Shown: positions 1-13,954 of the stretch, one piece after another
How positions within the stretch are numbered: the stretch's first letter is position 1
Layout: every line of letters starts with the position of its first letter
Source: Eledone cirrhosa
Lineage: Eukaryota
Length of the DNA stretch: 64,000 bases
Assembly: GCA_964016885.1 (NCBI GenBank)
Contig: OZ024747.1
Coordinates: 6,510,001 to 6,574,000 of the forward strand
Reading direction: 5' to 3'
Position numbers and translations under genes: made by a program
The notes under the pieces: generated by a model
What the model was told of the DNA's origin: nothing
Databases searched by the model: none
The model's input: only the letters and a program-made list of their open reading frames with translations

Positions 1-367
1 CCACCGCCGTCACCATCTCCACCAACAACAACAACGACACCAACACCACCACCTACAACTACCACCACCACCTACAACTACCACCTCACTACCACCACCT
101 CACTACCACCACCCCACTACCACCACCACCACCACCTACAACCACCACCACCACCTACAACCACCACCACCACCACCACCACCACCACCTACAACCACCA
201 CCACCACCTACAACCACCACCACCACCTACAACCATCACCACCACCACCACTACAACCAGCACCACCAAAACTACCACCACCACCACCACCACTAAAACT
301 ACCAACACCACCACCACCACCACCACCGCCACCGCCGCCACCACCACCACTACTACCACCATCACCA
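1..367. repeat. Degenerate (ACC)n trinucleotide microsatellite
   Basis: Direct reading; ACC/ACT/ACA variants. Confidence 0.95.
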
Positions 368-644
368 ATGGAAGAGAGACTCACAGCTCTGCGCTTGGTT
401 TGCTCGTTGCTGGCAATGTTTGTGTTAAACGCTCAGAAACAAGGTTTTATAATTGTAGATTGACTGTGGAAGTCTCGGAGGTATTCGCAGGAAGGAAAGG
501 TACATACGACCTACTGACAACAACAACAACAACAACAACAACAACAGCAGCCATGACAACAGGAGCAATACCAACAACAGCAATAACAACAACAGCAATT
601 ACCACAACAGCAACAGCAATAACAACAATATATATATATGTGTA

Positions 645-716
<72 letters not shown>

Positions 717-725
717 TGTGTGTGT

Positions 726-1230
726 GTCGGGTCATTCTTGAGTGCTAATGGTAACCTGTAACCCAGTACAACCTGTCACATGGTCGGGTCGTCGGCGACT
801 AAACCGGCAACCCCACCAAGTTTACTTGGTGAGGAGGGGGATTTTGGACACTCTGCAGGACAAATAACAAAACCTGACAAAGCGTGGAAGAACTCATAAG
901 AGTCAATGGCCATCCAAATATGTGTAAATATGTATATACACGTATGCATGTGTTTATATGTTTATATATGTATGCATGTGGATGTATATGCGCGGTTAAA
1001 CCACTGTTAGTGAAGGACATCCTAGCCTTTGTCAGGGCATTCTTCTAGGAGAAAGCAACTCAGGTAATTGGGATAACTACGACATAAAACTTGCGGCTTA
1101 GTAGTTACTGATGATGTTGATCTTTTCTTCTTTTCGGGTTATAGCTACTGTCGCTCAGAGAGTGGGATTGGCTCAGTGCACAGTCTTTCCTCAGTGTAAA
1201 AAAAATCTTCACGCGCAGGCATTGCACGAT
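726..1230 (+). mobile_element. Older subfamily copy (5' part) of the bipartite RTE derivative, split by a TA/TG microsatellite (~921-990)
   Basis: GTCGGGTCA...GGTCGTCGGCGACTAAACCGGCAACCCCACCAAG and CCTAGCCTTTGTCAGGGC...CTAGGAGAAAGCAACTC match the reverse complement of 28478-29085. Confidence 0.75.
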
Positions 1231-1323
1231 AGAATTAATTGATAACTATCAATAATGTTATATCGTGCAATGGCCATACTCGATAACGAGGGGGCAGCCA
1301 TCATATATATATATATATATTTC

Positions 1324-1680
1324 AAAACATCAGTGTGAGATTAATAGGAAAACATCCTGTTTGAAACATGAAGGCATCACACACAAAGAAACACACAATA
1401 GAGAAAGACCTTACCAATGTGAAATACGTAAAAACGTGGAAAATATTTTGTCCTTAACAGTATTATAACAAAATTCAAAATAATAAGTTCTGAAGGAAAA
1501 AAACTGATTCACTGTGAAATATGTGGGAAATCTTTCATTGAGAATTTCAAACTTGTTATCCAGAAACGGCGTCAAACTGGAGAAAAAATAGCCGCCATTG
1601 TAAAATATGTGGGAAATATACGTTTATCATTTTACATTATGTTAAAGACGTACAAAAGAAATACACACTCAGAGAAATTG
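1324..1680 (+). pseudogene. Decayed C2H2 zinc-finger array
   Basis: Fragments HQCEI, ERPYQCEI, HCEICGKSF...QTGEK, CKICGK, HSEK with frameshifts, stops and lost C/H ligands; TGEKP-like linkers. Confidence 0.7.
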
Positions 1681-1730
1681 AATATACATTTGGTTTTATT
1701 TATGTGTGTTGGTATGTCTGTATGTATGTT

Positions 1731-1789
<59 letters not shown>

Positions 1790-1828
1790 GATTTTAATAA
1801 ATAGAAACTATATTTATAAAACCATATT

Positions 1829-1893
1829 TATTTCATTATACATATTTCAGCGATACCAAATTAAATTATGGTATGCCTTCATCAGACAAAATA
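1829..1893 (-). ncRNA. Type-I hammerhead ribozyme motif (PLE-type)
   Basis: Minus strand: TATTTTGT CTGATGA [AGGCATACCA..TGGTATCGCT] GAAA TATGTA TA / ATGAAATA. 8-bp helix I with G.U pairs, quasi-palindromic helix III, AUA triplet; next to (TA)n. Confidence 0.6.
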
Positions 1894-2048
1894 CAATATA
1901 TAACAGTTTTACAAATAATCTTTGACGTACCCTTTTAAAATGCAACCATTATTTTTGGAAGCCATCTACTCCAAATACTTGTCGAGTGCTTTATATCAGT
2001 TATAAAAATATTTACTTGTTGTATCCCAAGAATTTTAAATAGAACTTT

Positions 2049-2091
<43 letters not shown>

Positions 2092-2306
2092 ATCTTTGGG
2101 GAGGGTCATATTGTTGTAATAATATTGCCAGAAATAATAACAGAACACACTCACTGTTTGGTTGGTTTTCGCTTCTGTATCTTTTATATCTCCATAGTTA
2201 ATTTATTTGGCAATCAACGTTTATCATTGGTTGACCAACTTTTAAAAATACAGATATAAATATATATATATAGTCTATCAAAGTTCTTTTGTTGCATTGT
2301 TTTCTG

Positions 2307-2361
<55 letters not shown>

Positions 2362-2362
<1 letters not shown>

Positions 2363-2474
2363 GTTATTCCGGGTTGAAACGGAGGTAACCACAGTAAGTA
2401 AGGTACTCAATACATAGCAGAGTATAACAGTTTTAATATAGATGAGATTCTACAGGACTAGAACTGTTTCATTC
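2362..2474 (-). mobile_element. PLE pLTR fragment (17.9-kb family) with only the 3' half of the HHR, inside (TA)n
   Basis: Homologous to 17790-17905; minus strand has GAATGAAACAGTTCTAGTCCTGTAGAA but no CTGATGA. Confidence 0.7.
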
Positions 2475-2620
2475 ATAATATATATATATATATATATATG
2501 TATACATATGTATATATGTATGTAAAAGGTGAACAGAAATAACAACACAAACGGTACAGTATAAGGAAGGAATATACAGTATATATATTTATGTTTATAT
2601 ACAGAGAGAGAGGGTGTATA

Positions 2621-2662
<42 letters not shown>

Positions 2663-2665
<3 letters not shown>

Positions 2666-2773
2666 AAGGGTGTGGTAAAATACCAGGTAGACCATAACCT
2701 ACCAGAGTACTCGATACTTGGCGTAGTAGAGAGTGACTGTATTAGAAAGAGTTGAAGCCCAACGGTAGAGTTC

Positions 2774-2775
<2 letters not shown>
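2663..2775 (-). mobile_element. Fragment of the 15-kb palindromic PLE-like family (tail part)
   Basis: TGTGGTAA..ACCAGGTAGACCATAAC..ACCAGAGTACTC matches the reverse complement of 15117-15185. Confidence 0.65.
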
Positions 2776-2827
<52 letters not shown>

Positions 2828-3021
2828 GTGTGTGTGTGCGTGTGTGTGTGTGTGTGTGCGTGTGTGTGTGTGTGCGTGTGTGTGTGTGCGTGTGTGTGAG
2901 TGTGTGATATTGAAAACATGACTGCTTCAATTTGATCACTTTTTAAAGGAGATTTTGTAATTACTTATACTTTGTTGTTTATACTTAGTTTTGAAACAGG
3001 AGTAGTCATAAATTGACGTGT

Positions 3022-3060
3022 ATTAATGTTTCGAGGCTTTCACGGCCCCATCATCAGAAT
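3022..3060 (-). ncRNA. Minimal type-I hammerhead motif (slightly decayed)
   Basis: Minus strand: ATT CTGATGA T GGGGC-cgtgaaa-GCCTC GAAA CA TT AAT. Helix III is probably ACGT mutated to ACAT. Confidence 0.6.
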
Positions 3061-3457
3061 CAGAATGGTTATATTAGTAGGGTGCAGGCAACGTACTTAA
3101 CATTGAGCGTAAAAATCATTGGGGAAGAGTTGAGATCAAGGGCGCCTGATTTAATATTTGTTAACATTTAAACATGCCTATAATTATAATTGGTTTCGCG
3201 TTTACTTTATTTCTGTATTAAATTTTTTCTTTATGTATATGTTATGTAAAACGGCCTCAGTTGTTCGCTTTGCTTTGTATGGAATTTTATATAGAATAAA
3301 CACTCACAAACGCATATACACTCACACAGATATTATACATAAATATAATTTACACAGACACATATACACACACAAACACTCACAACATAATCATAACCGC
3401 CAATGTGTGTAGCCAATTCGCTATACATATACTTACACAGGTGTGGCGAATGTTAAT

Positions 3458-3637
3458 GTCTGTGGTTTACCTGTCTGTAATTTACCTGTCTGTGGTTTAC
3501 CTGTCTGTAATTTACCTGTCTGTGGTTTACCTGTCTGTAATTTACCTGTCTGTGGTTTACCTGTCTGGTTTACCTGTCCGTGGTTTACCTGTCTGCAGTT
3601 TACCTGTCTGTAGTTTACCTGTCTGTGGTTTACCTGT
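3458..3637. repeat. 15-bp minisatellite (GTCTGTGGTTTACCT / GTCTGTAATTTACCT)
   Basis: About 12 units; first part alternates, giving 30-bp periodicity. Confidence 0.9.
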
Positions 3638-3714
3638 TAATGAGGGTGTTTTTATATTATTTTTGGTATTTCAAAAATTTCCAATGTCTCTTAAGTCAAC
3701 CTGATGGTCTCACA

Positions 3715-3767
<53 letters not shown>

Positions 3768-3863
3768 ATATATACATATATATATATAGTTTTGTCGGGT
3801 GATATTGAACGTAAAGTGATAAAGTTATATCTGTATGTGTACATATATATACATATATATACG

Positions 3864-3895
<32 letters not shown>

Positions 3896-3897
3896 TA

Positions 3898-3935
<38 letters not shown>

Positions 3936-3939
3936 CATC

Positions 3940-3979
<40 letters not shown>

Positions 3980-4012
3980 CACATATATATATATATAAAT
4001 ATACATACATAC

Positions 4013-4571
4013 ATGGTGGCTGCCAACTCGTTTTCGAGTACGGCCACTACTTTATATTCATGTAGGAGAACCCCCACCGATGCGCTGAACGAGTGTGACT
4101 TTTCAGTCCAGCCAGCGACTTGAAAACTCTGGTACAAACACTACACCTGTGACAATTATTGACACATAGTGCTGGGCCCATGGTACCATGTGACGACAAG
4201 TGCAGAGAGATCTCCAGATATAAAGCAATGCCTGTGCCGTGGAGCTTTTATAGTGAGCAAAGGCACTGCACAAAGCCAGTCCCACTCTCTTAACCAAGAT
4301 GATATTTACCAAAAAGAAGAACAAGTCAACATCATTGGATACCATCAGGGTTGCAGGTGTTATATCAGAGTTTTCCTTCTCCTAGAATTCTGCCTTGACA
4401 AAGGCTAAGGGGTCATCTCTCCCGGTGATTTTGGATGGCCATTGACTCTTAAGAGCTCCTTTGCCCTTTGACAGGTTTTGTTTTTAGTCCTGCAGGATGT
4501 CCAAAGTCACCCTCCTCACCAAGAAACCTTGGTGGGGTTGCCAGTTTAGTCGCCAACGACCCGACCATGAG
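4013..4571 (-). mobile_element. Bipartite non-autonomous RTE derivative, copy A (5' end ~50 nt short)
   Basis: Near-identical to 28478-29085 and 35506-36115; flanked by (TA)n/(TACA)n. Confidence 0.85.
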
Positions 4572-4591
4572 ACATACATACATACATACAT

Positions 4592-4663
<72 letters not shown>

Positions 4664-4730
4664 GTATATATATATATGTATATATGTATATATATGTATA
4701 TATGTATATATGTATATATATGTATATATG

Positions 4731-4892
<162 letters not shown>

Positions 4893-5400
4893 TATATACA
4901 TGTAATGTGTGTGTGCATGTATCGTTAGATTTTCGTTTTATTGGTGCTAAATTATTCAAAATATTTCACTTTATTCAATTTGATCATTAGCAAACTTTCT
5001 CTCCTCCACTCAGTCTCCTTTTCCACCCACCCACACGTCCATACACACATACACACGCACACACGTACACATCTATACACGCACATACACACGCACACAT
5101 CTACACATATACACACACATCATCATTCTCCAGCCTTAGCCCTCTATCATCCACGCTTCACACTTTTCACGTTTCTCAATATCACCCACTTTCTTTACTC
5201 CACGCTTCAACCATGTGAATTAATAGGCGTTGCCTGAAATAAAGACCATTGGTATTTGTGCTGCCATCTGGATTAGATATTAAGAACTATCACTAATATA
5301 GCTTGTAGCTAACTACAACCTTCATACGTACTTTACAAGCTACTTTAGAATTTAAACTTGCCTCCAAGTCTGGCTACACTTTGCCATTATTATACAATAT

Positions 5401-5593
5401 AAGGCGGTGGTTTGGCAGTATCAGTAAAGGGTCGGACGCCATGCTTTACAGCACAGTTACGTCCCTTTACGGTCTGAGTTCAAATCCCACCGAGGTTAGC
5501 TTTGGCTTTCATCCTTACGGGGTCGATAAAATAAAGTACCAGTAATGCACTGGGATAATTGCTGGCCTTGTGCCAAAAAGTAGAAACAATTAT
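5401..5593 (+). mobile_element. tRNA-derived SINE (dominant family in the window)
   Basis: A-box-like TGGCAGTATCAG and B-box GAGTTCAAATCCC, body CTTTCATCCTTACGGGGTCGATAAAATAAAGTACCAG, tail GTAGAAACAATTA. Further partial or diverged copies at ~5970, 10195, 21895, 23170, 23981, 54515. Confidence 0.9.
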
Positions 5594-6999
5594 TATACAT
5601 TATAGCCAGGCGTTGTTAAAGGTTTAAGACTTCGCTTTGCAACCAACTGGTCCTGGGTTCCAGTCCCAACTGCGTAGCATTTACAGCAAATACCCATAGC
5701 CTCCATCGGTGTCTCATGATTTCTCTGTCCCTGCTAATTAAGTAGAAAGATATTTAAATTCAAACATACGCATGTGAATTTTGAATATTTGGCTGTGAGG
5801 CTCTGGAGTTCGTTTCGTAACTATGTGGTCCTGGGGTCTGTCGCACTGCGTGACACCCGTGTCGGCACATTCAGCAAGTGTCTACTATTACTTCGGGTTA
5901 AACAATACCTTATGAGTGAAATTATTTGATAGATGGAAACTGCAGAAGAACGTCTCGTATATGCTTTGTCGGCGAATTGGCGGAGTCTTTACATAGGCGG
6001 ATAGAATGTTTTGCAGTACTCGTTTCGACTCTCTACGCTCTGAGTTCAAATCCCGCCGAAGTCAACTTTGCCTTTCATCCTTTCGAGGTCGATAAAAAAA
6101 GTACCAGCCAAATGCTGCGGTAGATTATTCCTCTATATCTCTTTCTCACTTCTACTTTCTCTGGAAGAAATATACTGTATTCTTATCTGGAAAGAGAGAT
6201 GGGCTCCGCCAGGTTTTAAAATACCCTAGAAACACCTTATGTCAATCAATATGGCGCCACAACGACTCACTCGTGAGTTACATGACTAAGAAGAAGATAG
6301 GTTGTGTGTAATATGAGTTGTGTTATTTTATTAGGAATCAATCCTGTAGAGTATACGTGGGGCGAGTTACATAGGTTTATTTTATTAAGTCCATATTGTA
6401 TAGGGTGTGGAGATATCGTTCTATTTGTGTTGTTCTATTGAATCAATACTATCTTAACAATATGGGTTGTGTCCTATCAGAGCTTATTTTGAGCAGTTTA
6501 TTGTGTCGTGTGTCCTGCTATGGCTTTTATGTTTTTATTCACTTTTATTAAACGCATCCCGTGTTCAGATTATTAATAACGCAGTTTTTACCTTTATGCC
6601 CCAAATCCTGTTTATTTCGATTTCAACCCTAGCTTTTGACAGTTTTTCCACTGCTTTTCAGGCAATATTTTAGTCAGAAGGTATTGTGGTATCTATCAGT
6701 GTGTAGGTGCCTTTTGGTTTGGTTTTTTTTTTTCACTAATATACTCCGCCACAACCACCAGCGTCCTTACACACCACTACATAGCACCACCTCCGCCGTT
6801 ATTCCCCACCATCATAACACACCACCACCCCTACCACTAGATGTTACGACCACCACCACTACTACACACCACCACTACACACCACTATTGCTACACACAA
6901 CCATTGCTACACACCACCACCACTACCACCACTATCACCACTACCGCTATAACCAACACCATTACTACACAGCACCACCACCACTATCACCACCCCACT

Positions 7000-8682
7000 A
7001 CCTCTACACTCCACCACTACCACCACCACCATCACCACCACTACCCCATCACCAATACCAGCAACAACAACATACCTCAACCATCACCACCACTACCACC
7101 ACCACCACCACCACCACTACTACCACCACCACCACCATCACCACCACCACTACTTACATCACCACCACCACCACCACAACCACTACCTCCATCACCACCA
7201 TCATCACCACCACCACCACCACCACCACCACTACCTCCATCACCACCACCACCACCGCCACCGCCACCGCCACCACCACCACCACCACCACCACCACCAC
7301 CACCACCACTACCTCCATCACCACCACCACCACCACCACCACCACCACTACTACTACTACCACCACCACCACCACCACCACCACTACCTCCACCACCACT
7401 ACCACCACCACCACCACCACCACCACCACTACCTCCACCACCACTACCTCCATCACCACCACCACCACCACCACCACCACTACTACCACCACCACCACCA
7501 CCACCACCACCACCACCACTACCTCCATCACCACCACCACCACTACCTCCACCACCACCACCACCACCACCACCACCACTACCACCACTACCACCACCTC
7601 CACCACCACCACCACCACCACCACCACCACCACCACCACCACCACTACCACCATCACCACCACCACCACCACCACTACCACCACCACCACCACCACCACC
7701 ACTACCTCCACCACCACCACCACCACTACCACCACCACTACCTCCACCACCACCACCACCACCACCACCACCACCACCACCACCACCACCACCTCCATCA
7801 CCACCACCGCCACCACCGCCACCACCACCACCACCACCACCACTACCTCCACCACCACCACCACCACCACCACCACCACCACCACTACCACCACCACCAC
7901 CACCACCACCACCACCACCACTACCTCCACCACCATCACCACCACCACCACCACCACCACCACCACCACCACCACCACCACTACCTCCATCACCACCACC
8001 ACCACCACCACCACCACCACCACCACCTCCATCACCACCACCGCCACCACCGCCACTGCCACCACCACCACCACCACTACCTCCACCACCACTACCTCCA
8101 CCGCCACCACCACTACCTCCATCACCACCACCGCCACCACCGCCGTTACCGCCACCACCACCACCACCACCACCACTACCTCCACCACCACCACCACCAC
8201 CACCACCACCACCACCACCACCACCACCACTACCACCACCACCACCACCACCACCACCACCACCACCACTACCTCCACCACCACCACCACCACCACCACC
8301 ACCACCACCACCACTACCTCCATCACCACCACCACCACCACCACCACCACCACCACCACCACCACCACCTCCATCACCGCCACTGCCACCACCACCACTA
8401 CCTCCACCACCACTACCTCCACCACCACCACCACCACCACTACCTCCATCACCACCACCACCACCACCACCACCACCACCACCACCACCACCTCCACCAC
8501 CGCCACTGCCACCACCACCACCACCACCACCACCACCACCACCACTACCTCCACCACCACCACCACCACCACCACCACCACCACCACCACCACCACCACC
8601 ACCACCACCACCTCCACTGCCACCACCGCCACTGCCTCCACCGCCACCACCACTACCTCCATCACCAACAACAACAACAACA
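7000..8682. repeat. ~1.7-kb (ACC)n microsatellite with ACT/TCC/ATC/GCC variants
   Basis: Direct reading; source of the poly-T/P/V ORFs. Confidence 0.95.
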
Positions 8683-9579
8683 TACCGCCAATATCGACAG
8701 ATGTTTCACATTTAACCAATCCACTGTAAGGTAGCCATTACGACATCTGTGCTAGTCACAACAACAACAACAATAACAACAACAACAATAACAACAAAAT
8801 CATCTTGCCACGCCCTAACCGGAAGTTGTAAGTTGATCAGTCCTTGAGAGTTATTTCTTGCGTTTTATATCGATGGTATTCTTGTTGTTTGTGTTGTTGT
8901 TGTTATTGTTATTGTTTGTGGTGTTGTTGTTTGTGGTGTTGTTATTGTTTGTGCAGTTGTTGTTGTTGTTTGTGGTGTTGTTGTTGTTTGTGCTGCTGTT
9001 GTTGTTGTTTGTGATGTTGTTGTTAACCCTTTCGTTTCCGCATTTATATCAGTACCTTTGTTAAGTTATGTTCCAAACACCAAGTTAGTTATGAGAAAGT
9101 TAAATTATTTAATCCATTCAAATTCTTAATTATTTTCAAAAATCTTACATAACTTTCTCGTGATTAAGCTGACGTTTGGGACATAACTAAACAAAGGTTC
9201 TTACATAAAATGATGGCTTTTAGATAAATATATTATCTAACATAGACACTTTTCTGTGCCGCGAGGACACACACACACACACACACACACTAACATAGAC
9301 ACACTCTTCTGTTCCAAGAGGACACACACACTCACAAACACAAACACACTGTCACACTAGATTGCTTACAACACACCCTCCCACCGCATATATACAACAA
9401 ACACATCAATATCACACATAACTATACCACCTTTGACCTCTAGCTATTCTCCTTGTACACATATACATCACATCATCTCTAATATCTGTCACCTTTAATA
9501 GGCATTGCGCTCGCTCAAGTGTAACTAAAAGAGGTTTACTTTTAAAACCACCTGATCCGTGACATTCATAGCAACAATA

Positions 9580-9815
9580 GCCACAGCCCCTCACGGCCAC
9601 CCCCTCCTCACGGCCACCGCCCCTCACGGCCCTCACCGCCCACGGCCACCCACCCACCTCACGGCCACCTCCCCACCACGGCCACCCCCACCCTCTCACG
9701 GCCACCTCCCCACCACGGCCACCGCCCCCTCACGGCCACCCCCCACCCCTTCACGGCCACCGCCCCACTCACGGCCACCATCCTCTCACAGCCACCTCCC
9801 CACTCACGGCCACGT
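9580..9815. repeat. GC-rich degenerate minisatellite (CACGGCCACC core)
   Basis: About 12 imperfect units of variable length. Confidence 0.8.
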
Positions 9816-10079
9816 AAAACCCTCAGCGCCCCCACCAACCCTATTTCCAGACAGACCTGCTTACACGGAAATTGTAAATGATTTCCCCGTTCTCCTTCTT
9901 TACATTGCACCTTCACTGTAATATAGTTAGTTAAAACAAAAAGTGAGACATAATTATCATCTATAATTTTCTATATAGATAATAGACTCAACCACAAGGA
10001 TATAGTCCGAACTTGGAGGAGCCGAACTCCTATTGCCATCGCCGCCATCTCTCTGTATGGTGATCAAATGGGTTCCACG

Positions 10080-10175
10080 TGCTGGCCTCCCCACAGCCTC
10101 GGCGGACAGAATGGAGAAGGTGTTTCCTCGGAGGATGGTAAGGGAGATGCGCTGGAAGAGCCATTCCATCTCGCA
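10080..10175 (-). mobile_element. CRE-clade (RLE) non-LTR retrotransposon 3' relic
   Basis: Translation EMEWLFQRISLTILRGNTFSIL resembles the CRE C-terminal motif L.QR(I/L)S.A(I/V)QRGN; second copy at 21260-21425. Confidence 0.65.
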
Positions 10176-10409
10176 TAAATAAATACAATCGTTAATCCCG
10201 CCGAGGTTGACTTTGCCTTTCATCCTTACGGGGTCGATAAAATAAAGTACCAGTAATGCACTGAGTAATTGCTGGCCTTGTGCCTAAAGTAGAAACAGTT
10301 AATTTATATATAATAAATAATATATATATAAAGATAGTAAAATTTAAAAAAATAAATTTATTTCCTCATAGTATATATTATATGTATCGTATACTATAAT
10401 ATCATCTCT

Positions 10410-10483
10410 ACTGCGCCCCCAGCGCCCCCCTGGACCTTCTCAACACCCCCGGGGGGTGGTAGCGCCCACTTTGAGAACCTCTG
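10410..10483. mobile_element. hAT/Charlie-like terminal fragment
   Basis: Ends TTTGAGAACCTCTG (reverse complement CAGAGGTTCTCAAA), followed by CTCTACAT, similar to the NTCTAGAN target; partner end not found. Confidence 0.45.
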
Positions 10484-10525
10484 CTCTACATGATAGAAAT
10501 AGCTAAAAACAGGATCGGTATCTGG

Positions 10526-10778
10526 GTAGTTAGCGTTCTAGGCTAACTCTACAATGTGTTCCTGTGTAGTTAGCGTTCTAGGCTAACTCTACAATGTGTT
10601 CCTGTGTAGTTAGCGTTCTAGGCTAACTCTACAATGTGTTCCTGTGTAGTTAGCGTTCTAGGCTAACTCTACAATGTGTTCCTGTGTAGTTAGCGTTCTA
10701 GGCTAACTCTACAATGTGTTCCTGTGTAGTTAGCGTTCTAGGCTAACTCTACAATGTGTTCCTGTGTAGTTAGCGTTC
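10526..10778. repeat. 40-bp perfect minisatellite (~6.3 units)
   Basis: Unit GTAGTTAGCGTTCTAGGCTAACTCTACAATGTGTTCCTGT; internal GTTAGC/GCTAAC hairpin. Confidence 0.95.
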
Positions 10779-11103
10779 TCTCCATCGCTTTAGATATTTC
10801 TACAGCGCTAGTTTTCCTAATGGTAGCGCCGGTCCTGGCACTAAATCTCCTTCAAATCGCACTTTACCTGGTAAGTCATACAGTCTTGAGAAATGAGGAA
10901 CACATTCTATAATGTAGTCGTACGATGTAGTCCTAAATATACAGAACGTGAGCTGATAGCGGTTGGAACATCTTTGGTGACAGGGCTGTTTATTTAGGGC
11001 CGACATGGAGCAAAACAACAAAAATATTGCACAGGAGTCAACGAGAGTTCCCTTGTGCAGTCGCTCGACCAAATTTTAATCGTCTCATACTGTATTGCCT
11101 TAA

Positions 11104-11665
11104 CCCTTTCATCACTATATTTTATTTCATTCGTCATAACTGTATTGCCTTAACCCTTATTCTATTATAAAAAAAAACAACATAATTTTCAAATCATTTT
11201 GAAAAGAATCAAAAATTTGGAAAGATTTAGTAAAATGACTTTCTCGTTATTAAACTGGTGTTAGTAACACAAAGGTTATTACATAAAATTACAATTGTTT
11301 CTACTCCCAGTACATTACTGGTACTTTATTTTATCGACCCCGTAAGGATGAAAGGTAAAGTTAGCCTCGTCGGGATTTGAACTCAGATCATAAAGGGCCG
11401 TAACTCTATGCTGCAAAGAATGGCTGCCAATTCCCCGTTCTTACATAAAATTATAATTGTTTCTATTTTTGGCACAAGGCCAGCAATTATCCAGTGTATT
11501 ACTGGTACTTTATTTTATCGACCCCGTAAGGATGAAAGGCAAAGTTAACCTCGACGGGATTTGAACAAAATTATAATGGAAGGTTTTTAGATAAATATAA
11601 ACACTTTAAAACAGTTTTGCATCAAAGAATCATAAAAGGTTTCTAGCGGTTTGGTATCAAAAGAG
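11104..11665. mobile_element. TTAA-flanked (piggyBac-type) MITE interrupted by two SINEs
   Basis: TTAA|CCCTTT ... AAAGAG|TTAA; related partial copy at ~9026-9240. Confidence 0.6.
11292..11566 (-). mobile_element. Two adjacent SINE insertions (11292-11440, 11458-11566) with target-site duplications
   Basis: TSDs TTACATAAAATTA (11279-11291/11441-11453) and AAAATTATAAT (11447-11457/11567-11577). Confidence 0.85.
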
Positions 11666-12500
11666 TTAAACTTTGATTGTGACACGAAATTAATCAATAA
11701 ACAATTAAATATGGTATCACGTGTCATCAATCACGTGTTTAATTGCATGCAACGCTGTCAGGTCTGAAATACAACTTATTTCAGTGAAATATTTCGCAAA
11801 CGTTGATGAGATTTGACATCATAATACGACACACCCAGTGTCATGTTATTAATAAGGCTGACTAGACTGAAATCTAGTGACCTCGTATGAACTAGGGAGT
11901 GCAGTAAATATCCAGGGCTGTATTACTGAAGGCTGACTCACCTGAAGCCTAGCGGTGTCCCGCAGGGATTAGGGACCTGTCAATTTTGTTTGTTTTTTTA
12001 TGTTGAGGCACTATTATGTGCTGTTATTAGTCGGATGCAATATTGAAGTGGCAAAGTATGACAGGAATACTTGAAAAATTAGGGGACAGGTCATGGGTTA
12101 ATACGGCCCAGGACACACCTGGATACTATCAGCGAAATACAGTTTAGAAAGCTCTCGGATAAAGAGAGAGAAAAATAAAGAACAAATGTGAAAGTGAGAG
12201 AGAGAGAGAGAGAGAGAGGGGAGGCGAGAGACAAAAGAAAGGTCAAAACCTTTGCTGTATGTTTAAATAACAGTAGATATATGAGACCATATAAAAGAGA
12301 TAGAGAGAGGGGGAGGGAGAGAGGGAGAGAGAGAGAGAGAGGGGATGTATAAAGATGGTATGGAGACGTTTAAAGTTGTAACAGAGCGGTAAAAGGGGAG
12401 TTATAAAAGATGAAATATTAGAAATACGAAACGAAGAACAAAAGAAAATCATTACACACACGTACATACACAAACATACATACACGCGCACACACACACA

Positions 12501-12531
<31 letters not shown>

Positions 12532-12536
12532 TACAT

Positions 12537-12578
<42 letters not shown>

Positions 12579-12612
12579 ATGTGGTTGACGGCAGAGAGAA
12601 AAGAGTACTCAA

Positions 12613-12657
12613 TACTCTGATGACCCTGTGATAAACAGGCGAGACTCCAGAGTAACA
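12613..12657 (+). ncRNA. Degenerate hammerhead motif in a (TA)n-flanked fragment
   Basis: CTGATGA c CCTGT-gataa-ACAGG c GAGA CTC-ca-GAG TA. GAAA is mutated to GAGA and helix I is poor. Confidence 0.4.
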
Positions 12658-12702
12658 AGATTCACTAACTATTTAGCCTTAATAAACAAATAAATATATA
12701 AT

Positions 12703-12819
<117 letters not shown>

Positions 12820-12938
12820 AAGTATATAATTACGTATATTAAGGTAGAGGTGTCATGTTGACTCTCTTGTTATGGTTCATATAAACCGCTCTTGACAGGT
12901 CGTAACCAAATCTGTCTGTTTAGTTAGCTTAGTTTCCG

Positions 12939-13786
<848 letters not shown>

Positions 13787-13954
13787 AACGTATATGTATA
13801 ATATATGTTATTTGTTTAAGACCAGCTCTATATTCTGTTCGTGTTAATACCTTGCATTCTTTGTTGACCATTTTATTGTTGAGCCGAGTCTCTCATATAA
13901 TCTATTGTATAGCTCTTTATTAAAGACACCCATAAGGTCGCACGTCACTCAGTG

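Noticed and set aside
4103-4408. Repeated 79-89-aa ORFs (MVSNDVDL..., MLGPWYHV...)
   Set aside because: Incidental frames in the bipartite RTE copies, with frameshifts differing between copies.
6636-8729. 697-aa Thr-rich (mucin-like) and 624-aa Pro-rich ORFs
   Set aside because: Translations of an (ACC)n microsatellite, open in several frames on both strands; no signal peptide or other coding evidence.
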